23,746 nt of DNA from Chiloscyllium plagiosum (taxonomy: Eukaryota), in contig NC_057718.1 in assembly GCF_004010195.1 (NCBI RefSeq), forward strand, positions 4,881,604 through 4,905,349. Reading direction: 5' to 3'. The translations under genes were made by a program, and so were the position numbers. Below are positions 20,700 through 23,746 of the stretch, one piece after another; positions within the stretch are counted from its first letter, which is position 1; every line of letters begins with the position of its first letter. The notes below the pieces were generated by a model. It was not told the origin of the DNA. It saw only the letters and a program-made list of their open reading frames with translations, and ran no database searches.

Positions 20700-21470
20700 G
20701 ATTCCAACAGTTCTTCAGTGACTTGGGTTGATCAAACCTGCCTATAGTCTTCAGTTTTCCTGTTGTTTGAGAATAGTGTTAATATGTTTGCTAATTTCCA
20801 ATCAGCTGCAGTCTCCTGAAACCTAAGAAATGTTGGAAGAACACACTCACCAACCCATTCCCTAAGCAGCTATCTCTTTCAGAACCCAAGAGCCAGTGGC
20901 CATCAGCTCCTGGGGATTTATTAGCTTTGTCCGTTAGATTTCTTTGGGGTTTTTTTTCTCTCTGCTGATACTAATTGTCATAAATTACACCCTTAGTTAC
21001 CCTTCGATTAGTTTATGGGATTTGTATGTTCTACTGTGAAAACAGACAAGACACCAATTCACTATTTCCCCAAAGCTGTTGTTGTCATTGCTCTGTGGAG
21101 GCAAATTGTTTATTTTAGCTACTCCCTTACTTTTGATAAATGTATAAGAGGGCTCCTCAAAGCTGCTTTAATATTCTTGGCTAGCTTTCGCTCATCCCAT
21201 TTTTCATTGCATCAGCCTTTTGCTGGTCTCTAAAACACTCCCAATCTCTAGGTTTACTAATGTTCCTTGCAATACTGTGACCCTTTTCCTCAAAATGAAC
21301 ACTATCCTTCATTTGCCTCTTAAATCAAGGTGCATCTTTCTACAATCTTTTCAATATGTTTTTGTTAAAATTTGGGGAATTGTTTCTTTAACTGTTTGTT
21401 TGCCATCATATATTTTTGCTTATTTGGCCAATTTAGCCAATTCTTCCCTTGTGCAAGTTTCCATCTCTCT
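20700..21470 (-). mobile_element. Highly degenerate CR1 ORF2 (linker and pre-RT region)
   Basis: ccatcagctcctggggattt reads KSPGADG on the minus strand (SPGPDG motif); gctaatttccaatc reads DWKLA. Confidence 0.6.
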
Positions 21471-21991
21471 CCCTGATTGCTCAGTGATCTACTGAATCCA
21501 GTTCAACAGGATGCTCAAACATTTCAGTACAGTTTCCCAATGTACGCCAACTCTGAAACATTGAAGGCCAATTGATTATGGCAGGATGAATGGAGATGCC
21601 TCACAATGGGCTGCCTATCCTGTGGGAATCTACTGTACAACTCTTGGATTCAACATGCTGGCTGCGGTCTTAAAAGCCTCTTAATGCCATCCCCCTTCCA
21701 TGTTGCTGCCCTGTCTCACTGAGCGCTGCTGTCTCCATGGAACTGTAAAGTGTGGTCTCTACATGGTGGGACCAGCTGAAGAGCTCACAATCAAAACAGA
21801 TACTCATCAACAGATATGGATGAGTGCCAAGCTAACCATGTGCAGGTGCATGGGGAACTGACCAGCAGTCTCCTTTCCAAATCACTGACAGAAAGTAACT
21901 CAGTGAAGGAAAGGACAAGTCCAGTGCCTTCTTCCCAAAAGGGGGTCTCCATGTGGTTCTCTCTGGCCTCACAAGCTTAACAGCAGATAGC

Positions 21992-22745
21992 TTTTTTTTT
22001 GCCTGTGATGTGGGCATCTCTGACGGCCAGCATTTATTTCCCATCTCTAGTTGCCCTTGAGAAGGTGGGGGTGAGCTGCCTTCTTGTACCACTGCAGTCC
22101 ATGTGCTGTAGGAGAACCCTTAAGGAACCCAAAGAATAAACGCTGATATATTTCCAAGTCAGGATGGTGAGTGACTCAAAGGGGATCTTGCAGGGGGGTG
22201 GTGTTCCCATGTATCTGCTGCAATATCCATTGAGATGGGTTTGGAAGGTGCTGTCTGGAGATCTTTGGTAAATTACTGCAGTGCATCTTGTAGATAGTAC
22301 ACACTAGTGTTACTGAGCACCGGTGATGATTGGAGTGGATGGCTGTGGATGTGGTGCCAATCAAGGAGCTGCTTTGTCCTGGGTGGTGCCAAGCTTCTTG
22401 AGTGTTGTTGGAGCTGCCCCCATTCCAGGCAAATGGGGAGTATTCCATCACACTCCTGACTTGTGCCTTGTCGATGGTGGATAAGATTTGGGGAGTCAGG
22501 AGGTGAGTTAGTCACCGCAGTATTCCCAAGTGTATACCTGCTCTTGTAGCCACTGTGTTCAGATGGTGAGTCCATTTGAGTTTCTGGTCAACAGGAATCC
22601 GTAGAATGCTGATAGTTGGGGTTTAGTGATGGTAATGCCATTGAATGTCAAGGGGCAGTGGTTAGATAGTCTCTGATTGAAGATGGTTATTGCCTGGTAT
22701 ATGAGTGACACAAGTATTACTTGATAATCTATCAAGGTGTCATGT
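21992..22745 (-). mobile_element. CR1-group LINE of a different family, 3' fragment
   Basis: Frameshifted MEYSPFAW...LIG...IHSNHHRCSV..VCTIYKMHC; 3'UTR ctcaagggcaactagagatgggaaataaatgctggcc plus A run. Confidence 0.75.
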
Positions 22746-22884
22746 CCCTCATCCAAAGAGAATTGCTTTCAATCCCCCACTTCCTCTGAATCTAGTGCTT
22801 AAGTTCTACAGAAGGCTAAATCTAATTTCAGCAGAATATAAGCAGACTTTTGTTGAAAGGCCTTTGACAGAATGGACTTGCATT

Positions 22885-22955
22885 GCCCTCTGGTGGTGAA
22901 TTAAGGAAGAACAGGCTGCAACTCTGCCCTCTGGTGTTAAATTGGAGAACTGAAG
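22885..22955 (-). promoter_or_regulatory. Paired CTCF-like sites (cores 22885-22896 and 22926-22937)
   Basis: Minus strand CCACCAGAGGGCAA and ACACCAGAGGGCAG, 41 bp apart. Confidence 0.7.
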
Positions 22956-22994
22956 AGAGCTTATCAATGATTAGAAACAGGGCAGTGATTTGAA

Positions 22995-23027
22995 GAAAAA
23001 CAGAAATTGGTGGAGAAACCCAGCAGG
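22995..23027 (-). mobile_element. Old Penelope terminal-repeat stub
   Basis: aaaaacagaaattggtggagaaacccagcagg resembles 14437-14462 and 15628-15657. Confidence 0.55.
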
Positions 23028-23746
23028 CCGAGTTTTCACCATCCCCCCAGACCTCCCCCTCACTGAGGACGAACGATCAGTCCTTAGCAAAGGACTCATC
23101 TTCATCCCCCTCCGTCCACGCATCAATGAATTTAATACACGCCGTGACATCGAACAATTCTTCCGTCGCCTCCGCCTCCGAGCTTACTTTCACAATCAGG
23201 ACTCCCGCCCACCTTCCGAGGACCCCTTCGCCCACCTCCAACACACTGCATCCACCTGGACACACCCCTCTGAGCTTACTTTCACAATCAGGACTCCCGC
23301 CCACCTTCCGAGGACCCCTTCGCCCACCTCCAACACACTACATCCACCTGGACACCCCGCGCTGGCCTATTACCTGCCCTCGACCTCTTCATTTCCAACT
23401 GCCGCCGGGACATTAACCGCCTCAACCTGTCGACCCCCCTCCCCCACTCCAACCTCTCACCCTCACAACGCGCAGCCCTCCAATCCCTCTACTCCAATCC
23501 CAACCTCACCATCAAGCCAGCGGATAAAGGGGGGCGCAGTGGTAGTCTGGCGCACTGACCTCTACACCGCTGAAGCCAAACGCCAACTCGAGGACACCTC
23601 TTCCTACCGCCCCCTTGACCATGACCCCACCCCCCATCACCAAACCATCATCTCCCAGACCATACAGAACCTCATCACCCCAGGAGATCTCCCACCCACA
23701 GCTTCCAACCTCATAGTCCAGGAACCCCGCACTGCCGGTTCTACCT
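23028..23746 (+). mobile_element. Penelope-like element ORF, region N-terminal to the RT core; runs off the window
   Basis: LTEDERSVLSKGLIFIP...FFRRLRLRAYF...SNLSPSQRAALQSL...IKPADKGG-AVVVW (PLE DKG motif); 92-bp tandem duplication and a +1 G. Confidence 0.92.

Noticed and set aside
21540..21690. Possible very old RTE-like LINE 3' remnant
   Set aside because: Only scattered short similarities and no translatable motif; cannot be supported without a profile search.

Overview
Repeat-dense, apparently non-genic (intronic or intergenic) DNA from a cartilaginous fish. The shark assignment is inferred from HE1-type SINEs, Deu-domain SINEs and shark-type CR1 and Penelope repeats recalled from memory, not searched. 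It has two N gaps. I found no host protein-coding exon I can support: the long ORFs come from retroelement remnants, a 21-bp minisatellite, microsatellites or N runs. The retroelements are CR1 LINE fragments, a Tx1-clade LINE with a clean 9-bp TSD, Penelope-like (GIY-YIG) elements with minimal hammerhead ribozymes (one intact), and several SINEs. Two signals are not explained by families I can name. (1) A ~75-85 bp paired module of CTCF-like sites occurs three times, co-oriented, in unrelated flanks (16.8, 20.5 and 22.9 kb). (2) A non-coding retroposon family has a conserved head and tail but interchangeable middles, one of which is a 21-bp minisatellite. There is also a multi-level nested insertion stack at 11.2-13.1 kb, and three insertions break the same short Penelope terminal motif.
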